Source: an uncultured Gammaproteobacteria bacterium
Lineage (GTDB): Bacteria > Patescibacteriota > Microgenomatia > UBA12405 > JAHJSD01
Assembly: GCA_964498425.1 (NCBI GenBank)
Contig: CAZCGQ010000001.1
Coordinates: 5,779-69,778 of the forward strand
Reading direction: 5' to 3'
DNA length: 64,000 nt
A program made the translations under genes and the position numbers. The notes beneath the pieces are model-generated. The model saw nothing but the letters and a program-made list of their open reading frames with translations. It was not told the DNA's origin and searched no databases. The stretch's first letter is position 1. Every line of letters starts with the position of its first letter. This document shows, one piece after another, positions 47,405-56,272 of the stretch.

Positions 47405-47944
47405 TTATTTTACAGAGTATTTTTTAACTAATTCAATTTCTGGAATAAATTTCCCAGAGGGTAATTTGGCTGCACCATCAAGTGTGCCTTTTTTCCCAGT
47501 TTCAGCAAAACTATACTTCTTATAAAAACTAATTGCCTGCTTATTGTACCGTGCAACATTTACTAATATATCTTTTTTATCCCCCAACCAAGCGAAAGCT
47601 TTTTCAATTAATTGTCCGCCCAATCCCTTTCTGTGATAATTGGGTAAAACATATATTGCTCCAACTCGGTTATGCTCACCCTCCTTAATTGCCATACAGA
47701 AGCCAATAATATTATCATCAGCTTCTGCTACCCATATACCGATATTTGCATCTTCATACATCTTCTTTCTTTCTTTAATTCTTTTTTTACCTTCCGGGGT
47801 TTTATCAATATCGAATTTCCTTATAATGTCCTCTGTAGTTATTCCTTCTTCACTATTCGGATAAGTTTTTAACCAAGTAACCCTTTGAACCTCACGAATT
47901 CCATAAACATCATTCGGAATAGACTTTCGTATCGTTGTTTTCAT
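47405..47944 (-). CDS. GNAT-family N-acetyltransferase
   Basis: 179 aa. Acetyl-CoA binding motif region HRKGLGGQLIEKAF. Sits exactly between the two tRNA-Gln 3'-end repeats. Confidence 0.8.
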   Translation of the reverse strand: MKTTIRKSIPNDVYGIREVQRVTWLKTYPNSEEGITTEDIIRKFDIDKTPEGKKRIKERKKMYEDANIGIWVAEADDNIIGFCMAIKEGEHNRVGAIYVLPNYHRKGLGGQLIEKAFAWLGDKKDILVNVARYNKQAISFYKKYSFAETGKKGTLDGAAKLPSGKFIPEIELVKKYSVK

Positions 47945-47984
47945 AACTGAAGTATATCAGGTATACTATAATCCGGAAAAAGCC

Positions 47985-48055
47985 GAAGACGTGTTGCCGG
48001 GCGTGGATTCGAACCACGATTAACACGTTCAGAGCGTGCCGTCCTACCATTAGAC
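47985..48055 (-). tRNA. tRNA-Gln (anticodon CUG), U1:A72
   Basis: 71-nt cloverleaf with acceptor TGCCGGG/CCCGGCA, anticodon loop CTCTGAA and T-loop TTCGAAT. No encoded CCA. Confidence 0.85.
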
Positions 48056-48109
48056 GACCCGGCAAGCAAAAACTATTATATTTTACCATTTCCACCCCAA
48101 CCTCAAAAA

Positions 48110-48140
48110 TATTTTTTCTCGAAATGCGCGATCGCACATT
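48110..48140 (-). repeat. copy 1 of palindromic element TGYGCGATCGCGCATTTCGAGAAAAAA
   Basis: Inverted orientation relative to copies 2 and 3. Lies immediately upstream of the -35 of the 5S rRNA promoter. Confidence 0.55.
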
Positions 48141-48150
48141 CTGGGAAATA

Positions 48151-48179
48151 TTTACAAATAAATCTAGGGGTGGTAAAAT
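48151..48179 (+). promoter_or_regulatory. sigma70-type promoter of 5S rRNA (TTTACA, 17 nt, TAAAAT)
   Basis: -10 element ends about 10 nt before the 5S 5' end. Confidence 0.5.
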
Positions 48180-48188
48180 ATAGCTGAT

Positions 48189-48309
48189 TGCCCGGTCTTT
48201 GGAGCGAGGTGGAACCACCTGTACCCATTCCGAACACAGAAGTGAAACTCCTCAGCGCTGACGATAGTCTATCGGCAACGGTACGCGAAAATAGGTCAAG
48301 GCCGGGCAT
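48189..48309 (+). rRNA. rrf: 5S ribosomal RNA
   Basis: CACCTGTACCCATTCCGAACACAGAAGTGAAACTCCTCAGCGCTGACGATAGT aligns with E. coli CACCTGACCCCATGCCGAACTCAGAAGTGAAACGCCGTAGCGCCGATGGTAGT. Helix I is GCCCGGTC/GGCCGGGC. Confidence 0.9.
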
Positions 48310-49711
48310 TTAATTTATTTATACTTGCTTCCAACCTCTTTAAAGCCTCTTCTTTTCCAATTAATTTTAAAGCCGGTAAAATTGGCGGGGTAACAGCCTT
48401 AGCACAAATAGCAACTCGAAAAACCATAAAGAAATTTCCGGTTTTCCACCCTTCACTTTCAATTTCTTCCATTATTCTGTCTTGAAGCAAATCTTCATTA
48501 TCAATACCAACCTCCGAAATTAACTCCCGGGCAAAAACCAACATTTGCTTAGACAAGTCCGGGTCAATGCCTTTTGGTAAAAGCAGTTCGGAATCATATT
48601 CCAGATAATGCCAAACAAACTCCAACATTTCCTTAGCCTCTGACAAACGCTTAATTCTGTCCTTAATCAAAGGAGCTGCTTTTTTAATCTTATTTTCATC
48701 CATTTCAGGCAAAAACGGCTTCAAATCCTTAGCTAACTCCTTATCAGATTTCTTACGAATATATTGACCATTCATCCACTCGAGCTTGTCAATATCAAAA
48801 ACCGGGGCAACTGGACTAACATCTTTCAAATCAAAAACCCTGATAAACTCGTTAACTGAAAAAATCTCTTTTTCCTTGGGATGAGTCCAACCAAGTTGAC
48901 CTAGAAAATTAAGAATTGCCTCCGGTAAAAAACCCTGGTCACGATACCAGGATAAAGAAGTATGTCCACTTCGCTTGCTTAACTTTCCCCCTTCGGGATC
49001 GAGTAACACCGGAGTATGCAAAATTTCTGGCATTTCCCAGCCAAAATATTGATACAACAAAACATGCTTGGGCGAAGAAGGCAGCCATTCCTGACCGCGA
49101 ACAACATGGCTAATTTTCATCAAGTGATCATCAACAACTACAGCCAAGTGATAGGTCGGATAGCCATCGGACTTAACTAATACTTGATCATCAATTAAGT
49201 TGGAATCAAATTTAACTTCACCTCTTATTAAATCGTTGACTCTAATTGTTTGGTCATCAGGAATCTTCATTCTAATGACGGCTGACTCGCCAGACTCAAT
49301 TCGTTTTTTGGCTTCTTCAAGGGGAATATCCCGACAATGACGATCATACATTGGCGGCTTACCAGCTTTTTTTTGTTTCTGGCGAACTTTTTCCAAGCGA
49401 TCCTTTGAACAAAAGCAATAGTACGCCTTATCCTGGTTGAGTAGCTCCTTTGCATGTTTTTGATAAATATCTAATCTATCGGACTGATGAATTGGCTCAT
49501 CGTCAAAATTGATTCCAACCCATGCCAGTCCTTGAATAATTCCCTCCACTGCCCCTTCAACATATCGATCTCTGTCCGTGTCTTCAATTCTTAAAAAAAC
49601 CTTGCCGCCATGTTTTTTAGCAAAAGCATAATCCAGTAAAGCGCTGTAAACTGAACCAATATGAATTTCTCCGGTTGGGCTGGGGGCAAATCGAGTTCGA
49701 ACTTGACTCAT
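48296..49711 (-). CDS. gltX: glutamyl-tRNA synthetase
   Basis: 471 aa. HIGS variant of HIGH (PSPTGEIHIGS) and KLSKR (KMSKS-type) motifs. Its 3' end overlaps the 5S 3' end, convergently. Confidence 0.95.
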   Translation of the reverse strand: MSQVRTRFAPSPTGEIHIGSVYSALLDYAFAKKHGGKVFLRIEDTDRDRYVEGAVEGIIQGLAWVGINFDDEPIHQSDRLDIYQKHAKELLNQDKAYYCFCSKDRLEKVRQKQKKAGKPPMYDRHCRDIPLEEAKKRIESGESAVIRMKIPDDQTIRVNDLIRGEVKFDSNLIDDQVLVKSDGYPTYHLAVVVDDHLMKISHVVRGQEWLPSSPKHVLLYQYFGWEMPEILHTPVLLDPEGGKLSKRSGHTSLSWYRDQGFLPEAILNFLGQLGWTHPKEKEIFSVNEFIRVFDLKDVSPVAPVFDIDKLEWMNGQYIRKKSDKELAKDLKPFLPEMDENKIKKAAPLIKDRIKRLSEAKEMLEFVWHYLEYDSELLLPKGIDPDLSKQMLVFARELISEVGIDNEDLLQDRIMEEIESEGWKTGNFFMVFRVAICAKAVTPPILPALKLIGKEEALKRLEASINKLNARP

Positions 49712-49756
49712 ATTTGAATTTTAACATATTCGATTGGTATACTGGCTTTAGAGAAA

Positions 49757-50812
49757 ATGTCTCAATTAACAATAACTTCCCACTACGTCCGAAGAGGAAT
49801 AAAGATTGGAGTAATTACCCTGCTGTCTTTTTTCATTCTTAAAACAAGCTTTACCATTGCCCGAGCTTACTGGCGGAAATTAAATCCACCTCCAGAAGCA
49901 CCACCAGATACCGCTTACGGCAAACTACCGAGCATTGCTTTTCCAAACCAGAAGATGCGCCTACCGGTCAACTTTAACCTCCAAACAATCGACAACCAAC
50001 TGCCGGCAGACTTAAAAGACAGAGCTAAGGTCATTTATCTGCCCAAAATAGGCGGCAAGTTTTCTAAACTTGATGACGCTCAAGAAATGGCTGAACAGCT
50101 GGATTTAAATCCAAAAGGTGAGGAACTTTCTTCCAATATCTACCTGTTTAAAAATTCAGCTAATCGAACCCAAATGAAAATAAATGTCTTAACCCAAAAC
50201 TTCACTTATACCTATGATTATGTTCATGACCAAACCTTAATTAACCCTCCTGTCCTCCCAACCAAGGAAAAAGCGATTTCTATTGGTGAACGATTTTTAA
50301 ACAGCATTGGTAAAATGACCGAAGAATTAAGTACGGGTGAAAAAGAAATCAGCTATTGGAAAGTCAAGGGTGAAAACTTGGTCTCTGCTATTTCCGCCTC
50401 TGAGGCAGACTTTATCCGGGTCAACTATTTCCGTCAAATAGTTGAGGAAAAATATCCGATCATGCCGCCAACTTATCCCCAAGCCCAAGTCTCATTACTA
50501 ATTACCAGTCAAAGCATCCAGGGAAAACAGGTAGTGCAAGCTAAATACACTTATTTTGAAAGCGATCGGGAAGAATATGCCGTTTACCCCCTCCTCCCGA
50601 TAGACGCCGCCTGGGAAAGAGTCAAAGACGGAGATTACTATCTGGCCTCCTTTGACGGCCAACCAGAAAACGGGGTGACCATCCGGGAAGTTTATCTAGC
50701 TTACTATGATCCGCCCCAACCAACTCATTTCCTACAGCCAATTTATGTTTTCCAGGGAGACGATAATTTTGTCGGTTACTACCCAGCCATTCCGCCGGAG
50801 TGGAGAGAATAA
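49757..50812 (+). CDS. hypothetical membrane-anchored protein
   Basis: 351 aa. N-terminal TM. No recognised family. Confidence 0.3.
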   Translation: MSQLTITSHYVRRGIKIGVITLLSFFILKTSFTIARAYWRKLNPPPEAPPDTAYGKLPSIAFPNQKMRLPVNFNLQTIDNQLPADLKDRAKVIYLPKIGGKFSKLDDAQEMAEQLDLNPKGEELSSNIYLFKNSANRTQMKINVLTQNFTYTYDYVHDQTLINPPVLPTKEKAISIGERFLNSIGKMTEELSTGEKEISYWKVKGENLVSAISASEADFIRVNYFRQIVEEKYPIMPPTYPQAQVSLLITSQSIQGKQVVQAKYTYFESDREEYAVYPLLPIDAAWERVKDGDYYLASFDGQPENGVTIREVYLAYYDPPQPTHFLQPIYVFQGDDNFVGYYPAIPPEWRE

Positions 50813-50846
50813 TTCGAAATCCTAATTAACCTAATTGGTCTAATTT

Positions 50847-51716
50847 CTAAAGGCTTGCTTTCAGCCAGTTGATCAGTTGTTTAGTCTCGCCGAAACGGTC
50901 TTCACTACCTAAAATAACCGTAATAAACTCTTTGCCATCTAATTCGATTAATCCGATAAAGCATTCTCCGGCTTCCGGGGTCCAACCAGTCTTAATTCCC
51001 TTAACTTCGGGTAATTGGCCCAAAAGTTCATTTGTTGTTTCTAAATTGTGTTCAATTTCACCACTGACATCAGTCACCGTCATTTCCTGCCGCCTTATCG
51101 ATTGATAAAAAACTTTGTTCTCTAAAGCAAATCTTGCTATATGGGCCAAATCATACGCAGTTGAATAATGATTTTTATCATCCTCTCCGTCAAAATTCTC
51201 AAAATTAGTATCATTCAAGCCTAGTTGTTTAACAAAATTGTTCATTCTAACTACAAAGGCTTCAATTTTAGTTTGGGTTTGGCCTGCCAAAACAAAGGCA
51301 GCATCATTAGCGGAGTGGACAATTAGGCCATAAATTAAATTTTCAATCGTCATTTTTTCTCCTGGTTGAAGCTCCATATTTTTCCCAACTGGGTATTCTT
51401 CTTGGATCGTAATAACCTCATCCAAGGGAAAGCTTTCTAACGCACTTATTGCTGTAACCATTTTTGTTATCGAGGCAGGATTAAGCTTCAAGTGAGGATT
51501 CTTTTCAGCTAAAACAGTGCCTGACCCAGATTCCATGACCAAATAAGATTTGGACGTTAACTCTGGAAATCTCGTATCCGCAATATCTGGATACTCCCGA
51601 CTTTGATAATTAATACTAGCTCTTCGTCTTCGACTTATATCTAAACGCAGGGAAGCGAAAAAGAAAAAAACTATCAGGAGCAGCAACCAACCAAAAAGTA
51701 TTCGCTTAACTTTCAT
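50847..51716 (-). CDS. D-alanyl-D-alanine carboxypeptidase (peptidase S11, PBP5-like)
   Basis: 289 aa. N-terminal TM. SITK (SxxK), SAND (SxN), KTGWT (KTG). Confidence 0.85.
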   Translation of the reverse strand: MKVKRILFGWLLLLIVFFFFASLRLDISRRRRASINYQSREYPDIADTRFPELTSKSYLVMESGSGTVLAEKNPHLKLNPASITKMVTAISALESFPLDEVITIQEEYPVGKNMELQPGEKMTIENLIYGLIVHSANDAAFVLAGQTQTKIEAFVVRMNNFVKQLGLNDTNFENFDGEDDKNHYSTAYDLAHIARFALENKVFYQSIRRQEMTVTDVSGEIEHNLETTNELLGQLPEVKGIKTGWTPEAGECFIGLIELDGKEFITVILGSEDRFGETKQLINWLKASL

Positions 51717-53091
51717 CTTTGTCTAAATCAGGATGAAGCATTATCCCCAATTCTTTCAACTGTTCCGGTTCAACCTTACTCGGGGCAGACATTACCGCCG
51801 TCTGACCAGATGAGGTCTGCGGGAAAGCAACAACTTCCTTCATTGATTCTTCACCTTGCAAAACCATCATTAACCGGGCAATTCCACAAGCTATTCCGCC
51901 ATGAGGTGGAGCACCAAATTTAAATGCCTCGAGCATGTGACCGAATTGTTCTTCAATTTTTGTTTCAGAGTGTCCTAGTACTTTTAAAACCTTTCTTAAA
52001 ATCCTCGGGTCACTTGCCCTGATACTCCCTCCACCAGCTTCATAACCGTTACAAACCAAATCGTATTGTGTCGTCAATACTCCTTCAATTTCACCAGCCA
52101 AAAACTTATCTTTGTGCTCAGGAATTGGATCAGAAAAAGGATTATGAGTAAAGGTCCAACTTCCATCTTCTTTCTTTTCAAAAAAGGGAAAATCCTTAAC
52201 CCAGGCGAAAGCAAGAACGCCTTCTTCTTTTTCTTTTTCCGTTCTCAAATCGAATTTATCGGCCCCAAATTTCTCTATTGCCTGTTGATAAGTAAATACC
52301 GGAAAGGGCTTATTCTTCAGCTTTGCCCCCATTTTTTCAAAAACCTGGATGAACATTTTTTCAACTAGGTTCATTACATCAACCTGCTCAACAAAAGACA
52401 TTTCTATATCCAGCTGAGTATGTTCAAAACCCCTATCTGCCCTTAAGTCCTCATCCCGTAAGCATTTTGCAATTTGAAAGTAACGTTCAAACCCGGCAAC
52501 CATTAATAACTGCTTGTACTGCTGAGGAGACTGGGGTAGGGCATAAAATTCGCCTGGCTGTAATCTAGAAGGAACTAAGAAATCTCTCGCCCCTTCTGGA
52601 GTGGACTTAGTTAACAAGGGAGTTTCTATTTCAACAAAATCATCACCAAAAAGAAATTGCCGAAAATAATCAATTAACTTACTTCTTTTTCTAATGTTTT
52701 CTTGCATTCTCTGTCGACGCAAATCCAAATAGCGATATTTTAGTCGAACCCGCTCATCTACATCCCGCCCGTCTGCGGTTACTTCGAATGGGGGCGTTTC
52801 AGCAGAAGACAGTTCTTGCAAATCACTAACCTTTATTTCAACCTCGCCTGTAATTATTTTTTTGTTAAGATATTTTTTCTCCCGCTTGACAACTTCTCCC
52901 CTTACTTTGACAGCTGATTCCTTTTTAACCGTAGCTAAATTGCTTGTGCCAACTAATTGGATCAGACCGGAACTATCGCGGAGGTCAATAAAAACAACAT
53001 TGCCGTGCTCACGAACAGAGTTAACCCAGCCGAAAAGTACGACTTCCTCCCCAACTTTATCAATTGTTTCCTTGGCTAAAGTCCGTTGCAT
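51706..53091 (-). CDS. aspS: aspartyl-tRNA synthetase, bacterial-type core lacking the GAD insertion domain
   Basis: 461 aa. LPQSPQQYKQLLMVAGFERYFQIAKCLRDEDLRADRGFEHTQLDIEMSF matches bacterial AspRS motif 2 almost residue for residue. Only about 12 aa separate DKFDLR from the resumption of the core, where E. coli has a roughly 130-aa GAD domain. Confidence 0.85.
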   Translation of the reverse strand: MQRTLAKETIDKVGEEVVLFGWVNSVREHGNVVFIDLRDSSGLIQLVGTSNLATVKKESAVKVRGEVVKREKKYLNKKIITGEVEIKVSDLQELSSAETPPFEVTADGRDVDERVRLKYRYLDLRRQRMQENIRKRSKLIDYFRQFLFGDDFVEIETPLLTKSTPEGARDFLVPSRLQPGEFYALPQSPQQYKQLLMVAGFERYFQIAKCLRDEDLRADRGFEHTQLDIEMSFVEQVDVMNLVEKMFIQVFEKMGAKLKNKPFPVFTYQQAIEKFGADKFDLRTEKEKEEGVLAFAWVKDFPFFEKKEDGSWTFTHNPFSDPIPEHKDKFLAGEIEGVLTTQYDLVCNGYEAGGGSIRASDPRILRKVLKVLGHSETKIEEQFGHMLEAFKFGAPPHGGIACGIARLMMVLQGEESMKEVVAFPQTSSGQTAVMSAPSKVEPEQLKELGIMLHPDLDKDES

Positions 53092-53101
53092 AGTGATTAT
53101 T

Positions 53102-54745
53102 TTAGCACAATTCCAGGTCCTTAATCTTCAATTGCAAAGTTTCTTTGCCATTCCACTGATTAAGGTTGAAACTAAAAACTAAATTAACTGTATCTCCGGC
53201 CGATAATTTCTTCCCCCACTCTCCCCAACCAAATCCAATTGCCTCGGCAGAAATACGTTCAACCTTTGGTGTTTCAGGATCATCAAGCCAAATCTTTAAA
53301 TGCGATTGGTCACTGCCAATCAGCTGGGTATTAACCACCCTCGCCTGGTTGAGCAGGAAAGTCGGTCGAGGATTGCCAATTCCAAAAGGAGATAACTTTT
53401 CAGTTAATTTATAAAAAGGTTTATTAATCAACGAAAAATCAATTTCAAAATCTAATTCCCTCTCGGCAATCAAATCATCCTCAGAAATCATTTCGCCAGC
53501 AATATCGTGCAAACGTGTAAATAAATCCTCTAATCGGTTTGTCTTGACCGAAAAGCCCGCCGCCATTGGATGCCCACCGACATCAATCAAAATATCTTCC
53601 GCTTGCCTAATAATTTCAACAATATCCACTCCCGGAACAGAACGGGCTGAACCTTTACATACTTCTTCGTCCTGAGAAACGGCAATAGCTGGCTTTGAAT
53701 ACTTTTCCGACAACTTACCAGCAATTAGACCAATTATCCCGGGATGAAAATCTGGACTGGCGGTCAAGATTAATCCGTTTTTCTCTAAAGATATTTCTTC
53801 CGCCAAAGAAACACTAAAGGACATCATATCCTGCCGCTGGCGGTTTAAACTGTCCAACTTTTTAGCTAATTTCAAGGCCCGTTTTCGGCTTTTGGTGCAA
53901 AGAAGCTGCAAACTCAACATCGGGTTGGCAATACGCCCAGCAGCATTTAATCTCGGGCCAAGAATAAAGGATATCTGCCAAGGCTCCAACGGTTCATTAA
54001 AAGGAATTCCGGCAATTTTTTTAAGCATTTTAATTCCCGGACGCTTAGTTTTTCGCATTTCTTCCAACCCATATTTAATAAAGCTTCTATTTGGTCCTAA
54101 GGCTGGAAGCAAGTCTCCAATTGTTCCTAGGGCAGCTAAATCAGTTAATTGGTAGTCAAACTCTCGGGCTAAAAACCAGGCAACAACACAACCAGCAACT
54201 TCGGTGGTATGAACAATAACGTCGGCTGAAGGTAATGACTCTCCTTGAAGGTGGTGATCGGTTAAAATTACCTTAAGTCCTTGTTTTTTGGCAAATTCTA
54301 TTTCTTTATCAGCAACAATCCCATTATCAACCGTGATTATCAGTTCTAAGTCCGGATGTTTTTCAACCAACTGCTTAATTACCTCCTTCTTTAGACCGTA
54401 ACCTGTTTCCCGACTGGGGATAAATGGCAAAACATTATATTCTTGTTTCCACAAGGCTTCCCAGATAATCCCGGTTGCCGTCAAACCGTCAATGTCATAA
54501 TCCCCATAAATAATAATTTTCTTTTTCTTGCCGATATCTTTAATCAAACTTGCCGCTGCCGATAAATCTTCCGAATCTAAACCAACCGCTTCAGGAGAAA
54601 TTTCTTTAGGAAGAGTGGGACTTAAAAAATCGTCTAACTCTCCCGCTTTTACCCCACGATTATCGGACAAAATACCTAAAATATCCTTCGGTTTTAATTT
54701 CTTGGTTATTTTTTCAGAATATTTACTGACCCAATTACTTTTCAT
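53102..54745 (-). CDS. recJ: single-stranded-DNA-specific exonuclease RecJ
   Basis: 547 aa. DHH motifs (IIIYGDYDIDGLT, ILTDHH) and DHHA1 domain. Confidence 0.9.
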   Translation of the reverse strand: MKSNWVSKYSEKITKKLKPKDILGILSDNRGVKAGELDDFLSPTLPKEISPEAVGLDSEDLSAAASLIKDIGKKKKIIIYGDYDIDGLTATGIIWEALWKQEYNVLPFIPSRETGYGLKKEVIKQLVEKHPDLELIITVDNGIVADKEIEFAKKQGLKVILTDHHLQGESLPSADVIVHTTEVAGCVVAWFLAREFDYQLTDLAALGTIGDLLPALGPNRSFIKYGLEEMRKTKRPGIKMLKKIAGIPFNEPLEPWQISFILGPRLNAAGRIANPMLSLQLLCTKSRKRALKLAKKLDSLNRQRQDMMSFSVSLAEEISLEKNGLILTASPDFHPGIIGLIAGKLSEKYSKPAIAVSQDEEVCKGSARSVPGVDIVEIIRQAEDILIDVGGHPMAAGFSVKTNRLEDLFTRLHDIAGEMISEDDLIAERELDFEIDFSLINKPFYKLTEKLSPFGIGNPRPTFLLNQARVVNTQLIGSDQSHLKIWLDDPETPKVERISAEAIGFGWGEWGKKLSAGDTVNLVFSFNLNQWNGKETLQLKIKDLELC

Positions 54746-54767
54746 TGCTATAATAGGTTAGTTTAAC

Positions 54768-56207
54768 ATGAACAGTAATAATTCACTTTCTATCCAGTAT
54801 AAGGCAGGTGACAAAATTGAACTACCGGAAAAAGTTGCCGAGCTGATTTGCCGATTTCATAAAAACGACTATCCAATATATATTGTCGGCGGCACAAGCC
54901 GGGGCTTACTAACCGATTATCCAATAGCCGACTGGGACTTTGCCACTAAGGCAACTCCTCAGGAAATGCAAAAAATGTTTCCAAAAAACCATTTCTACAA
55001 TAATGAATTTGGTACGGTAAGCATTGTTATGGGAAAAAGCAAAGAAAATGTTTTTGAAGTAACTACCTTTCGAACTGAAAAGAATTACCAAGACTTCCGC
55101 CGACCGGAACAAGTGGAATGGGGAGAAACACTTGAGGAGGATTTGTCCCGTCGAGACTTCACCGTTAATGCTATCGCCTTAAAGTTTCAGCCAGAGGCTG
55201 ATGGGCCTCTGGCCCAAAAAAGCAGGTGTAGAATCGCCAAAATAATTGATCCTTTTGATGGAAGAAAAGATTTGGAAAATCAAATCATCCGAGCAGTAGG
55301 AAACCCCGATCAACGCTTTCAGGAAGATGCCCTGCGGTTAATGCGAGCGGTAAGAATTGCCACCCAACTCGGCTTTGTCATTGAACCAAAAACCTTCGAA
55401 TCGATCCAAAAAAACAGTCAGCTGATTACTAACATTGCTTGGGAAAGAATCCGAGACGAAATGCTCAAGCTGATTGCCAGTGAACATCCGGCCGACGGAA
55501 TCATTCTCCTTCACAACGCTGGCCTGCTCGAACATATCATTCCAGAATTAATTTCCGGCAAAGGCATAGACCAACCTAAGCACCACATCAGCACTGTTTG
55601 GAAGCACTGTATTGACTGCTTGCGCTATTGTCCATCGGAAGATCCCATCGTCCGCTTAGCGGCGTTACTCCACGATATTGGTAAACCGGTTACCGCCGAG
55701 GGGGAAGGTGAAGAAAGGACCTTCTATAACCATGAAGTTGTTGGAGCCAGAATCGCAAAAGAAATCGGCCAGAGACTAAGATTATCTAAGGACCAAATTG
55801 ACCAATTATGGCGGCTGGTCCGGTGGCATCAATTCGCTCCCGATGAAGACTTGTCAGATTCGGCAATACGCCGATTCATCCGCCGAGTTGGTAAAAATAA
55901 CCTTCAAGATATTTTAGATATCCGTACCGGCGATCGACTCGGCTCAGGAGTTCCAGCCACTTCCTGGCGAACAGAGCTATTCAAAAAAAGACTCCAAGAA
56001 GTTCAAAAAAGACCATTTTCGGTTAAAGACCTAAAAATTGACGGTAATGATGTTATGGAAGCATTAGATCTTTCACCAGGCCCGGAAATTGGCCAGATAT
56101 TAGAAGCTTTATTTGAAGAGGTTAAAGATGCCAAAGACAAAAATAATCGCGAATATCTTCTCGAACAACTTCCCAAAACCGCTCAAAACCTAGGCCTCAA
56201 ATCCTAA
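54768..56207 (+). CDS. cca: tRNA nucleotidyltransferase (CCA-adding enzyme/poly(A) polymerase family) with HD domain
   Basis: 479 aa. Pol-beta head motif GGTSRG...DWDF, RRD motif, HDIGKP HD domain. Confidence 0.85.
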   Translation: MNSNNSLSIQYKAGDKIELPEKVAELICRFHKNDYPIYIVGGTSRGLLTDYPIADWDFATKATPQEMQKMFPKNHFYNNEFGTVSIVMGKSKENVFEVTTFRTEKNYQDFRRPEQVEWGETLEEDLSRRDFTVNAIALKFQPEADGPLAQKSRCRIAKIIDPFDGRKDLENQIIRAVGNPDQRFQEDALRLMRAVRIATQLGFVIEPKTFESIQKNSQLITNIAWERIRDEMLKLIASEHPADGIILLHNAGLLEHIIPELISGKGIDQPKHHISTVWKHCIDCLRYCPSEDPIVRLAALLHDIGKPVTAEGEGEERTFYNHEVVGARIAKEIGQRLRLSKDQIDQLWRLVRWHQFAPDEDLSDSAIRRFIRRVGKNNLQDILDIRTGDRLGSGVPATSWRTELFKKRLQEVQKRPFSVKDLKIDGNDVMEALDLSPGPEIGQILEALFEEVKDAKDKNNREYLLEQLPKTAQNLGLKS

Positions 56208-56234
56208 TCCCTAGCCCCTAATTTCAAATCCCAC

Positions 56235-56270
56235 TTCAATTATTGCACGATCGCGCATTTCGAGAAAAAA
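56235..56270 (+). repeat. copy 2 of palindromic element (ttcaattattGCACGATCGCGCATTTCGAGAAAAAA)
   Basis: Lies between the convergent cca and PaaX-like genes. One mismatch in the palindrome. Confidence 0.55.
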
Positions 56271-56272
56271 TA

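Noticed and set aside
47910-48309. Minus-strand ORFs 47910-48218 and 48103-48309
   Set aside because: They overlap tRNA-Gln and the 5S rRNA gene. The RNA-gene identifications are far better supported.
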